Part shown: piece by piece, positions 13,401-27,173 of the stretch
Position numbering within the stretch: the stretch's first letter is position 1
Layout of the letters: every line of letters begins with the position of its first letter
NCBI GenBank assembly: GCA_021613535.1
Contig: CP075496.1
Location: 5,022,001-5,086,000, forward strand
Direction: 5' to 3'
Length of the DNA stretch: 64,000 nucleotides
Source of the DNA: Adineta vaga
Lineage: Eukaryota > Animalia > Rotifera
Notes under the pieces: generated by a model
Databases searched by the model: none
Seen by the model: the letters and a program-made list of their open reading frames with translations, nothing else
Told to the model about the DNA's origin: nothing
Translations under genes and position numbers: made by a program

Positions 13401-16400
13401 ACGAGTCAATTGTTCTTTCGAATAACCAATCACACTAAACGATCATCGATGTATTCAATTAAAATCTCATAACAATAGTTATTTACCGATGTAATTGAAC
13501 GAGATAGGTTGTTAATGTTTTGAACATTGTCTTACTAGCATTTGGTAATTTACTAAGAATTGCATCAGTAATTGAATCGAGCGTAATTGGAAGATCAGTA
13601 CGAGGAAACCAACGTTCTTCAGAGATCTTCTTTAATAAAGGATGAATATCATTTTCAGTTGTTGCTTCTTCTTCTTCTTCAGTAACTGAATCAATCGTAG
13701 GTTTTTTCTGTTTATTCTTTATTCTTTCAATAATAGTTTTCAAAGAAAATGTATCTTCATCTGCATTCTACAAAAGATACGAAGAACAGTTCTAAAACAT
13801 AGTTCTAATCGAAAAAGAACTTACGTGAACAATAAACATATTCTCAAAAACTAGATCAATATCTTCGGAATTATTTATGTCAGTAATAAATTTAATTGCA
13901 TTAACAGTTTCCTGTCGAAGTTGACTTTCCTAGAAAATTAAGGTTTTAGAAAAGAAAAACACTTTTATCGATCTCTTAACGTACTGATTCATGTTTCAAT
14001 GCAAACTCTAATAATCGAATGATTATATTTTTTCTTTCAATCATAAATTGAGCAATTGTACGAACTGTATAAACATCTAATGGATCATTTTCACTTTGAA
14101 TAAGATGATCCATTAAAATATCCAGTATTTGATCGACAAGTGCTGGTTCAATGCCATATGATCTAAATAGATTTTCAAATAAATGATCACAAAATATAGA
14201 ATTTTGCTACATACTTGAAGATTTCTACTGCATAATTACAAGCTGATTCATAAGAATTCTTTTGTTTTGCTTTCAATATATCCAGTAGATATAATAACAT
14301 TGACCGAGGATTATTATTAATATTACTATCAATTGGTTTCCACCATGATTCCTTTTTTAATCGTTTAAATACATCTGCGACAGATTCCTAAAGAAATATG
14401 AATATTTATTATACGATATATCTCATCGTTGAAAGTTTGCTATACATTCGATCGAGAAGTTGATGTGTCCGATATTGGTTTTAATTCTAAATATATAAAA
14501 AGATGAAATAAAGGTTTTTCTTGTATGGTAAATAATTGCTTCGTGGTTTTTGTGTTGGTGTTGACTTTGATGTCGTTCCAGCCACGACTACATCTGGATC
14601 ACCTAATTCTACCCATTCATCATCATCATTTTGCCAATTAACAGTTTTATTAGTTTTATTCTAAACAAAATAAGAAATTTCAATCAAGATACTTAATTTC
14701 ATTGAAAAAATTCAAGTTAGATGTGCAAACGAACAAAACAAACATTCTACAGTGTATGTTTTCTATTATAACGAACCTCTAAATTATCAAGTATATCCTA
14801 AAATAAAAGAGCAAAGATTAATATTCTTCTTTATATGCTTACAATTTTATTTAACAATTGAAAAATCGATGAATCAAAATTGTCTAAAACAGCATATCGT
14901 TTTCTTCGTTCATCTAATTCTGTTGTCGCTGTCTCTGGTGTTGCCGGTGGAATCTATTGATTATCGTGATCATTTTTTGTTATTGTTGTAAAACAGATTT
15001 CAAACTCGAAAAAAAAATTTTCTATGCCTAATTTTATTCTATACATACTAATCTTAAACGAAATATTTTCATATCAACAGGTTCAATATCTTTCATTTGA
15101 AACATTGAACGAATCGTAGAATTTGGAATGTAACCTAATAGAATAGGGATGAAAGATAAGAAAAATGAAGGTGAATGCCTTACCATCAGGTGCAATTGGA
15201 TATACTTTCTTTTGTTCTAATAGTTTTGTTCGTTCAGCTTGCGCTTTTTCATGTTCGAGTTGTTCGAAAAAACCCAACACATCTGTTTCTTCCATATCAG
15301 TTGGAGCTGAACAAGAAGAAATTTAACATAGAAAATGATTAACAATTAAATGATAAACCTTGTGGAGCATTATGTGTATCAAGTTGAACGGTAGGAGCTA
15401 TATCTGGTAAAGTTCTAAATAGAAAAATTGACATTTCTGTAGAAAAAGAAAACGTTTTCTTGTACCTCTTGCTACTCGTTTGTTTCTTTTTTGATTGTCG
15501 TATGTAGGGAGGAGAAGGAGTTTTTGGATGTATCATTTCTTTTTCTATCTCAGCTAATTTCATTTTCAATGAATCAAGGGAGGGGCCAAGAGTGTAAAGT
15601 TGAATATATTTTTCTGTTATTTGAAAAAGAAATATTTTCGTTGTTTTTTCTCGTTTGTTTTTAAATGTCTCATTGAAAACTCTACGTGCAAATTTGTCAA
15701 GTAGATGCAATTCAAATAAACGTGTGAAATAGATCTCATTGTTTGTTATCGAAGAAACGATCGAAGAAGAAGAAGTAGAATGTGAAATTTAAAATTCTTC
15801 GAGAGGTAAATAAAAACGAGAGAAAGTACAAAAACATAAAGAAAAATTCATTTACAATTGACTAGAAAAAAATGACAACATACGGATATAATTAAATTGA
15901 CATCATATGTCAAATTAAGTTTTCATTTCCTTCTTTTTTTTGCTATGACAGAATTTTTATCGAGAAAGAACTTTCATTTTTAGAATAGGAATCTTTCTAT
16001 TTACAATAAGTAACAATTTAGAAACATACGGATCAAATTTTTTATTGAACTGAACCGGTAATTCAATTGGATCATCCTAAAAGACAAAAATATCATAAAT
16101 ATATCAAATAATTCCTTCTCACCATCATTTCGTTTTTCTGTAATGTTTAATTAAAAAGTTACTTAAAAAAGAAGAATTTTATTCGTTGTTCTTATCTATT
16201 CTCTCGTTTTCTTCTATTCAATTTGGCATCATAAAGTAAACTGTTCGACAGACAATAAAGAAATAGTCTTTTGTTCTTTTTCTTTCTTATTTCAAATCGA
16301 TATTTCATTTTCATTAATGAATGATAACAATCTTCACGAAGAAGAACAAATAATTGTTTTCTCTACACACAACTTACTTTAATGGTTTTTTTCGTTAAAT

Positions 16401-19400
16401 CAAATAGAATATTTTCAGGTGCAAAATCACTAATCATTAAAAAACTAAAAAAAACAACAACAACAAAACATTTAATGATCTAATTAATAAGTTTGTCTTA
16501 CTATAATCTTCTATTTGCTATTAATAAAATATCTCCTCGATCATTAAGATTTGCAATTGACATTAGAGGAATATCACATTTTAATTTTCTTATAGCTTCA
16601 TTATTTCTTGTCCATAACTAAAAGGCAAAACATTCGATCATTGAAATTTTCTTCAAAAGATTCTCACCATAATTTCATTAGTATTATTCAATGTGGTAAA
16701 TAAACCTATTGTTTCACAACCAGTCAATGCTTTAATTGGTGAATGTTCATGTAGAATATCTTTAGGTGAAATTTCATCTAGACCATTGATTGTTATTGCA
16801 TACATTCGAATGTAACCACGATAAGCACATGCAATAGCTATACGATATTCAGCCATAGCAGCACCGATACATGGAGCATCAAGATGAATCTATATTTGGT
16901 AAGAATGAGTTTTAAAAGTCTTAGGTTTTGTTTTTATATAAATTTACTGCAATGCCTAATTCACGTAGAAATATTTCATGACCACTGATTGATAGACGAT
17001 AAAATTTCGCAATAAAATCATTTCCTATTGCTAATAAATATCTTGCACCTCCTAGTTCAATGACAAACAAAAACAAATCGTTCGATATTCAAGAAATATA
17101 AATCACTTCGAGTTGTATATGTTTCATAAGCTTGAAAGATTTCTAATGTATCAACCGTTGCTGTATCTTTCAAAATTTGATAATTACTATGTAATGCTTC
17201 TGGTGTGTCGGATAATAATGCATATTTAAGTCCATGATCACCAGGAACAAGATACAACTAGAATGAAACAATCTGTCAGTGGATTGTAAACAAACATCTT
17301 TTTTCAGGTACTTTTCCATTAGTTGTTCCAACAAAGACAACACCGAATGCTCGTCGTTTTTTTGTATGTTCAGGAAGAAGTGAAAACTAGATTCGAAAGA
17401 TTATATATATACATATTCATTCTATGTTCAACATACATACCCACATAACACAACAAAGTTTAGTAAAAAAACAATCATTATTTACTTCAAATATATTCAA
17501 TAGATAACATGGTTGACTTGAGCAATTGTAACTACATACTTCAATATAAATTATATAATATTTTTAGTTCAGAAAAAAAGAACAAATCATCTTTAAGTTT
17601 TTACTTGTTTTATTCGTTGATATGTAAAGAATTTCTCCAGCTGAATCATAGACAAAATCATTCACAACGATTCTCTAAATAAAGAAAAAAATTGATAAAC
17701 TATTTGATACATTAAACATTTCTTTACACTAGGAGATAATGGAATAATATTAATAATCTGTGATGAACGTGGATTATAAACTGTAAAAAGATTTTGTGTA
17801 CTTCGTGTAACAATACGCGATGGAATACTTCCAACTGGAAATGTTACATGTAAATGCTCAATCGGTTGCAATGCACCAGAGAATGATCGAATTGGCTGGA
17901 AAACAAAATCGAATAAAATTCTCAATTAAAATAAAACGAATCCAATACATACTAAAGTATAAGTCAATAATTGTAAATCATTTTTAAATTTCACAAGTAA
18001 ATCTTCTCCACGTACGAACATAATTCGTTCGATTGATTCCATAAAATGATGTTCACCAAGCTATAAAATCAAACATCTTCTTTTGCAATAAACAATTTCT
18101 ATCGTTAGTTTACTTTCACTAATGATTCAAGTGAATAAAAACAAATACTTCCATCATCAGCACCTGTTACAATAACTCCATCAGTGGTAATCAATAAACC
18201 TAAGAATACTATCTTGATCGTTAACTATTCAATCGAAAGATCCTTTACCAATCATTGCCGTTCGATGAACTTGTAATTGATATCGGACAGGTATTGATTC
18301 ACTTCCAATTTCAAAAATCTTTCGAAACAAAAAGAAGAGATTCTTCGAATATGTATCTATGATTAATTACTTTCATGATACCATCAGCAAATCCCATAAT
18401 GATTGAATATCCATAAATATTTGCACTGATAACAAAGAAAATATATTGATTTTTCATTTCTTTTTCGAAAAAATTTACCATGTAACTGGTGCACCATGAG
18501 CAGAAAGAACACTGACTGACTCTCGATTTAACTAAACAAACACAAAACGAATATCAATGCATTGTCTCAAATACGAAACAAAATAATCTTCAATACGAAC
18601 TAATGTGTCAAATATTAAACATCCTTTATGTGCAACAATAAATAATTTATGACTAATTGGATCAAGTTTCATATCAATGATATTCTGTTGTCGATTAATA
18701 AATACAGATTTTAATTTATCACCCAGTCGTAAATCATAGCCACCCTAAACGAAAACGAATCTAGTCGAAATCTTCATAAAATAGAAGAGAAAAATAAGAA
18801 TATTACTGATTCTCGAATAAGATACCAACGAACAAAAAGACCATTATCACCTCCGACATAGATGACATCACGTGAACGTGTTGTTCGATCATAAATCAAT
18901 CTATAATTTGATCGTTGGAAAAACAAATGATTTGATTTTTATTGATTTTTACCTTCGAGCTGTACCAGGACAACCAATTGATGTTAAATATTTCAAAATA
19001 CCATTTTTATTCGATAGTAAATAAATTCGATTATTTGAGTAACCAACAATAAGCTAGAAGAACATATATTATCTTCCTTAAACTTCTATGTTGATAATAC
19101 ATACTTCAAGTTTAGAAATATATTTTAATAATTGAAATGATGGAAATTGAAAATCGTATCTAAAGAAAATCTGAAGATCAATATGAAAATTAAATCAACT
19201 TTTCATTTACTTCAAACATCGTCGAATGACACCAGTAGTTAACGATGTAAAATACACGAAAACTGCTGAACGTGGATCTTTTGGATCGTCATAAAATAAA
19301 GAAGTAATAATAACATCCTCTACATTTCTTGAATTATCATCATCATCATCATTTGAACGATAATATGTAAATGCTTGAAGATGAGTATCAAAATGAAATT

Positions 19401-19609
19401 TTGTTAATGACTATATTTTATATACAGAATGAGGGAGAATAATTCAATACCTAAAGACATACTCGACTTGAAAACAATGGAAATTGAGGAATTCGTGAAG
19501 TTAATGGAGATCGTGAAGATTCTTCCGAAGTTTTATATGTATATTGTAATTGATTTATAATTCGTGTTTTTGCTGCTGACCAGGAAAGTAATTTTGGTTG
19601 ATGTAACAT
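10456..19609 (-). CDS. Very large multi-exon WD40 + HEAT-repeat protein (WDR87/WDR97-like)
   Basis: The N-terminal exons have WD-type strands (IVGYSNNRI, IYVGGDN, IMGFADG, VTGADDGSICF, IMLWTR). A PIAPDG|YIPNS motif follows, then HEAT-like helices (DADYRLRAASVLGELG, VRTECCDTLKKLTG) and a long low-complexity C-terminus. The family name is from recollection of motifs and is not certain. Confidence 0.6.
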
Positions 19610-20330
19610 AATTGAAATGAATCCGTTGCTTTGACAATACAAAATATGTTTGTAACGTTCGGGAGTCGAATCAAACTAGAAGAAATCTGCAAGTTTATAT
19701 ATGTGTACTCAAGATAAGAATAGCTTTTAGTTTGACATTAAGATTTCGTTCTCTCTCTCTCTCTTCCTCATTATTGACAAACTGTTCGCTAATATAAAAA
19801 ATGAAGGTCGTCATAGTAAGAAAATAAAAAACATATACAGCAAATTGATAGGATACTTTGCTTTCTTTTAACTGTAGTTATCATAAATCCTTTATATTTC
19901 AGGGTTAAGGAACTTATCAAAAGAATTTGAATGACACTTCGGATAAAAGTGTTTGTTTTGATTGTCAATACATCGATCAAATTTGGGTGAAAAATGAAGG
20001 AGAAGAACTTGTACTTTTTGAAAACTTGACCACAGATCTATCATTTTGATATGTATAAACATGCGTTACTCAGCGACATCTGTCGGGATTATTGATCGGT
20101 AAATTTATCAAATCGTATGTTCACTCTCATTTTATTTAACAGCTTTGACAGATAAAACTAGAAAACAGAAGATTCGTCTTTCTTTTGCGAAAGACAATCG
20201 TTAAAATAAACAATTTGCTAAATTAGTTGCAACGTTTTCTTATTTACGTTTCGTTTTGTTTTTATTTTACTGATAAGAACTTTTCATTGACTTATCTCTC
20301 GTTTCATTTTCTCATTTTTTTAGGTATACA

Positions 20331-23300
20331 AATGAGTGATTTTCTAGCAGCAAATAATCCCTGTGGTCAAAATCTTCTTCAACTTGTTGCAACTGGCAAT
20401 GCGATCATTGCTGAACTTCTTCGTCTAGCAGATTTTGTTCCACCAGTATTTAAAATTGCAAATATTCGTGAAGCTGGAAAATATGCAGATATTATCTACG
20501 ATTTTTCATATTTTTCCAAACAAGAATATTACGATGATTTGATTAATGGTCGAGCAGTAAGAATGCAAATGTTTGTTTCGAGTTCATGAATGTATTTGAT
20601 TGTTATAGGATCTTCAAGATCTTGATGATGAATTTCGAGAAAATAATTTAACATTATTAACACGATTTTACCAAGCATTTGAAAGTGTACATAAATATGG
20701 AATTGAATTCAATCGGTAACAAATAATTAATAAATCGAAAAATTCTATTCGATTTTATTTAAATAGATATATTGAAGATTTAACAAATGGAACGTATTTA
20801 CAGCAAACAGTAGAGAATGTTATTGGAAATGAAGCTGGAAAACAGTTAATGGTAAACAAATAATGAGATAACATGTGTATTTCAAAAATCAAAATCATTT
20901 CATGTATTTCTCTTCTAGGCTGAAGCTGTATATTTGTTTGGTGTAATGTTAATCATTTTGGATTTAAAATATGATGCTGCTGCTCGTGAACGTATGATTG
21001 TTTCGTACTTTCGTTACAGGTAAAAGTGTTTTACTCACCTTCTCTTATTAATAATTATGAATGAATATTTTAGTGGTAAACGCAATTCATTGGATAGTAA
21101 CATTGATGAAGTTGGAAAATTATTAGCACGTAATGATGGTTTTTCTCTGCAACCGTACAAACGTCCATCAGGCTATCCAGAAAACTATTTCAGGTAAAGA
21201 AAAAGTTCATTTTCATTGAGTTATACAACAATTTAAAACTCGGTTCTTTTTTGTCAACAGACGGATTGGTTTTCGTGAAGATGTTATCGGTATGATTATT
21301 GGTCGTTTACGTTCCGATGATATTTACAATCAAAAGAAAGCTTACACAGAACTCGAACATCAAACAGCAGCATATGCAACACAAGCATCAATGTTATATG
21401 TATTATTATATTTTTATCCGGATGTTTTACATAATAAACCAGCAGTAATGCGTGAAATTGTCGATAAACATTTTGCTGATAATTGGGTTATTAATTTATA
21501 CATGGGTTTAACAGTGAATCTAATCGATGCATGGGAACCTTATAAAGCAGCAAAAGCAGCATTAAATAATACACTTGATATACAAGCAGTTAAAAGTCGA
21601 GTAAGTTTGTATTTTTAGGCCAATTGATAAATAATATATGATTGTCTTAAGTGTCAAATGATTCATGAAAAAATTGCTAAATTAAATAAACAAGTTGAAC
21701 AATATTTAATCGAAGGTGTTTTGATCGAAGAATATGTTTTAAAAAATATCTCGAATTTATTGAAATTCATGAAAGAATGTAATATATGTTTACGATGGAT
21801 TATATTACATACTAGTGAATTACCAATTGGTGCTGAAAACAATAAACGATGTAAACAAATGTTACAACTTGTCATCACAGAATCCCAATATAGTCCATCG
21901 GCAGTATTTAAATTACTGTTAAATACAGCACAATTTGAATTTAATTTAAAAGAAGTTTGTTTCATTGATCATATCATTTAATTTATAACCTGGTTTTTTT
22001 TCTTCTTATCAATAGATTGTTAGTTTATTACTAGCAGAAAAATTCGATCGATGGACAGCAAATCGTAAAGAAGCTGTTGAACGTCTTATTGAATTAGCTG
22101 ATGTCTTTTCTGGTACAATGCCATTGACACGTGTAGAAAAGAATGGTACAAATTAAAAATTGATTACTTTTTCCTTAATATTAATTTCGTTTTGTTTTTA
22201 TTTTTTATTGAATGAATAGATAATCTTCAAGCATGGTTTCGTACAATGGCGAAACGTATTGAATCGTTAGATTTTGATGACTGGACAAGTGCTGGACGTC
22301 AAACAAATCAAATTATGACTGCATTAGATGAAGTTCAACAATTTCATGAACTCGATACGAATATGCAAGTGAAACAATTTCTCAATGATAATAAACGTTT
22401 ATTGAGTACAATGATTTTATTAAATAATGTTCAAGAATCTACAATAAGTATTATGGATATTGTTGCTGATTTGTCCTATGCATGGATTATTATTGATAGG
22501 TAACAAATCAAAGAGACATACGAGCTTTTCATTATAATGAAAAAAGAATGATTTGTATTCTTATTTAGTTTTACTGGTGTGATGCAAGAAGGAATTAAAC
22601 GTAGTCCATCCTTGGTAACAAAGCTACGTGCAACATTTTTAAAAGTAGGATTTTTATCGAAATTGTTTTTTTGGAAAAATTCTTTCAATTTTAGCTTTCA
22701 TCAGCTCTTGATCTACCATTAGTACGAATCAATCAAGTCGGTAGTAATGATCTAATGATTGTCAGTCATTATTATTCTGGTGAACTCGTTGCTTATGTTC
22801 GTAAAGTTTTACAAGTAAGTTACCAAGAAAATTTTCCGTCTTATTTTTTTCTTCATTTCTTTCAAATCCTATCATAGATTATTCCCGAAACAATGTTTAC
22901 AATGTTAGCTAGTATTGTTCAATTACAAACGAATACCTTACGTGAATTACCATTACGGGCTGAAAAAGATAAATTAAGAGACTATGCACAACTTGATGAA
23001 CGTTATCAAGTAGCAAAATTAACTCATGACATTTCGATATTTACCGAAAGTATGTTAATGATGAAGACAACTTTAGTGGGAATTATTAAAGTAAACGAAA
23101 AAGGATTTGATTGAATTGTTGATGGTAATTGTGTCTATTTTTAGCTTGATCCAAAACGTGTACTTGAAGATGGTATTCGAAAAGAATTAGTTAAACAAGT
23201 AGCAACTGCTTTACATAATGGTTTGACGTTTAATCCTCGTGCTAAAGTTTGTTTAATGATTGAATTTGATGAGAAGGACAAAGTTGATATATTACGTTCT

Positions 23301-24967
23301 AGAATAGTGAATTGATCCCGAAATTAGATGCACTTGGAAATCAAATGGATGGTTTTCGTCGTTCATTTGAATATGTTCAAGATTATGTTGGAGTATATGG
23401 ATTAAAAATTTGGCAAGAAGAAGTATCAAGAATAATAAATTATAATGTCGAACAAGAATCGAATAGTTTTCTCAAACAAAAAGTAATTGAATAACCACAA
23501 ACACACTGATTTCATTCTTTTGTTTCGTATTAGATTTATGATTTTCAATCCGCATTTCAATCTCGTCATATACCGATTCCATGTATTCCACCATTAGGAG
23601 ATGGTTCAAATAATTTCATGGGTCGACTTGTTCGAGAAATTCTTCGAGTTACTGATCCACGTTTAACATTCTATGGTGAACAACGTAATACATGGTATGA
23701 TCTACGAACAAAACAAACAGTTGTTGATATATTACTTTTTCGAAAATTACATCGATCTGTTGGTTCATTTGGTTTGAGTGGACTTGATCGTTTATTATCA
23801 TTTATGATTGTTAAAGAATTACAATTATTAACAGCAGATATTCAAAACATTTTTGTACGCAAAGATTCAAGTGATATGTTAGATTCATTTATGAGACAAT
23901 TAACACCGATTGATAGTATTGTCGGTAAGTGGAAATAAAATGTGACGAAACGATTGAATAGAGAGAGAATCTTGTGTTTGTTTTAGCTCAACCCAGTAGA
24001 GTTTATTCAAATTCTGTTGCGAAAGGAGCAAGTACATGGACAATATTGAGTGGTTTTCTAATGAAAGTTGGACAAATGCAATTATTACGTCAACAAATAG
24101 CTCATGAATTAACAGCGTCAGCAAAATATGATTCAAAATATCTTTTTTATGCATTAAAAACTTTCAATGAGTAAGTTATTTTAGAATAAAGATACTTGTT
24201 TCCAACTTAATAATCTATTGCAAAGAGATAAAAATGAAACTTTTGTTTAATTTCGTTCATTGAAAAAATCGGCTTCTTTTTCTCTTTCAGTACACTTCTA
24301 CAAGATGTTCAACAAATTTATACGAATACAAATAGTCAACAAAATGAATATCCTGAAGCTTTAAATGAATTATTATATGAATTAGGTCCTCTATTAGAAT
24401 CCGTTGGTATGAATGATGTTCTTCAACGTGTTTATGTTTCTGCTCAAAATCATTTCTTATTAATTCCATTACTTGTTCTCTATACAATTAGTCAAGTACC
24501 ACGTATTGTTACATTAAAATATCTTAGAAATCAAATGCAAACATCCGGTAGTAGTTCATCAAGTAGTGGCAAACGTGATATGGATTGTTCAGCCTTTGTT
24601 ATTGGAATTTATACATTAACTAAACAATATCATTCAGATTTAATTGATGATTATTTAACATGTCTTTGTCAATTTATTAAATCACATGTTGAACAAGCTG
24701 GCAGGTAAAGATATATTTTTTGGATATTGTCGAGAAAAAAAACTGATCAATATTGATGATATTTTAGTCAAAAATTAACTGAATTTCCAATTGAAGCAGT
24801 TAATATGCTAGATTTTCTGACCATGTTTATTCATTATGGTGATTTACCAATAAAAGTAAGATATTTTATTTTCGAAAGTAAACCCTTTTTTTTATTGAAT
24901 ATTACGTTCATAGGTACTCGAACAACGTCTACCCGCTTATATATGTGATGAATTTCGTACGATTTAA
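20331..24967 (+). CDS. WASHC5: WASH complex subunit 5 (strumpellin)
   Basis: [33 protein letters not shown]; [12 protein letters not shown]; [15 protein letters not shown]; [19 protein letters not shown]; [16 protein letters not shown]. Apparently full length. Confidence 0.97.
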
Positions 24968-25111
24968 ATCTTTTTCTTTAGTCAAATCAATTTCTTGTGT
25001 GTACGTGTGTGTATTTTTATATATTTGATTAAGCAGAACACAAATATAATCTAACGAAATCAAAAGAAACAAAAACTAATGTTGATGAAAAATGTCTCGA
25101 TATATTTTCTG

Positions 25112-25772
25112 TTAACCAACAAGTGAATCTTCATGAAGTGATCGACGACATTTGACATTACCCAAATAACTTCCACTATTAATAAATGATGACGATGGAG
25201 AATCGATTGAATTATCTATTGAAGGTTTTGTTTCATTCGATGAATTATTTCCAAAATGAAAAAGACGAACTAATGAAGACCACCATGATTTTGCTATTGG
25301 ATTTGTTTCATCCATTTTATGATTCTCATCAGATATTGATGGATTCGTTTCAATAGGATCTTCATGAGTTACTTCTTCGATATCTATTGGAGTTATCGTT
25401 TGAGATTCTTCGATTTCTTCTGATTGAACGATGTCTTGTGTAACTAACTAAAAACAATGTGTAAAATAAAGATTCAATGAAAGAGTTTCAAGATATATTC
25501 AAACCGGTTGTTGACTATTACTATCAGAATTACTACTATTTGAATGCATAGATGATTGTTCTTCAATCTAGAATTAATATCAATAAGATTTGATAGAATG
25601 AGAATAGAATTCGATATACATCATCATTGCTTGCACTTGGAGTAACTGAATTCTTAGTTTTCTTCTCTTTTTTCGATGTTCTAGAAGAGAAACATGACAT
25701 TTATTTCATAAAAATAATCAATATAACAAACCTGTCATTATTTGACATTCGACTTTTTCGTTTTTCACCCAT
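25112..25772 (-). CDS. Hypothetical Ser/Glu-rich protein, about 4 exons
   Basis: MGEKRKSRMSNNDR|TSKKEKKTKNSVTPSAS...|...AKSWWSSLVRLFHFG...HEDSLVG*. The exons are joined by canonical short introns. No domain recognised. Confidence 0.6.
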
Positions 25773-27173
25773 GTTTTTCTTTCTTTAACCGAATAAGTTT
25801 AATCGTTGACTGATGCGTACGTATGTCTACGTCTTTCGTTTGCGATATCTGAAATGAACAAGCTATGAGGTCATTATTTTATCCGTCCATTTATTCGGTC
25901 AGGCTAAAGTCAACACTTTTCTTTTCTTTCTCGCTATTTTTTCTTCTGCTGTCGTTTCCAATCGATCGGATATTCTATCTTAATACGAGCAGATAGACTC
26001 GTCTCATTATACACGTATGAAAAGATAGAGGACAGAAAAGTCAATAGCTAAAGCAAGAAATTCAATTAGTATTACGTACATTCATTTGGCGCCATATCAA
26101 GCTTCAACTTCAGTAATAGCACAGCTGTGTTTGGTGATTGAACAACAATGGAAAAAGGTTGCATCATGGGAGCTTGAGATGAACTGATGATTGGCACAAT
26201 GTTGAAAGCTGTTTTGATGTGTTAGAACAATCAATTCATGTGCTATCTTGACACTAATGTAGTAGAAATACAACAACTTTATTATAGTCGATATGATGTT
26301 TCACTTTAAATACAATGTGTATCAGTAGGTAACAACATATGATAAATTACGAACAACTATTAGTGATCTTGTAACTATTGATAGTTTATTTATCTTGTTT
26401 TACTACTACTACTACTACTACGATTTATGTCAAGGTTATAACATATGACATTAAATAAACAAGAAATTACTTGGAGAGTAACGAATACGTTTTGTGCATT
26501 GTTCTTTTTTTATTTGAATATTTTGATATTAAGAATAGAAATCAAACAAAATGAAAAGTTTAATAACGATTAGTTAAGAATGGAAATACCAAATGTTTAT
26601 AGCGATAAGTATGTTGACATAAGTATTCATCGAACTGAAGAAGTAACATCGCAGAACACTCATCAGAGAAATTTTCATCTCAACTCATTTCTTCATGGTT
26701 AACTAATAAGAATATCTATTATGTGACCCATTTGATCAAAGTTCTAACACATTTTTTCTATAGGTCGAATATAATAACATTGACTACTCTGTGAAATGAT
26801 GTTGCAGTAAACACATCCTACGACAAAAAGAGATTCAATCTTATGACGCTACTTCATTCTGTGATAGCATAAACTAGAAAAGACTCAAGTCGGATGAACG
26901 AATGTGATAGATCAATGTATCAAAACTTTCAAACTTCACTACTTTTTGGAAGTAATATCGTCTTCTATTTCAGTTGTTTTTCATCCAATTATTGATGTAC
27001 TGTATTATATCGATTTTCGAGCCTTTGTAGTCATATGTCTTTGATCAAACATCTATGATATTTCAGAGAAATTCAAGATATGAAAATAATATTCGAAGTT
27101 TTCGCAAAAGCGGGAAAAGAAAAATGTAGTTCTCAATTCTTCCTAAATATATCTTTTTTACTTTTTATCATCA

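Noticed and set aside
26184-26212. CTGATGA...GAAA resembling a hammerhead ribozyme core (similar words at about 6818, 33751 and 34120)
   Set aside because: Stem II does not close properly and no matching stem I with an NUH cleavage triplet could be built.
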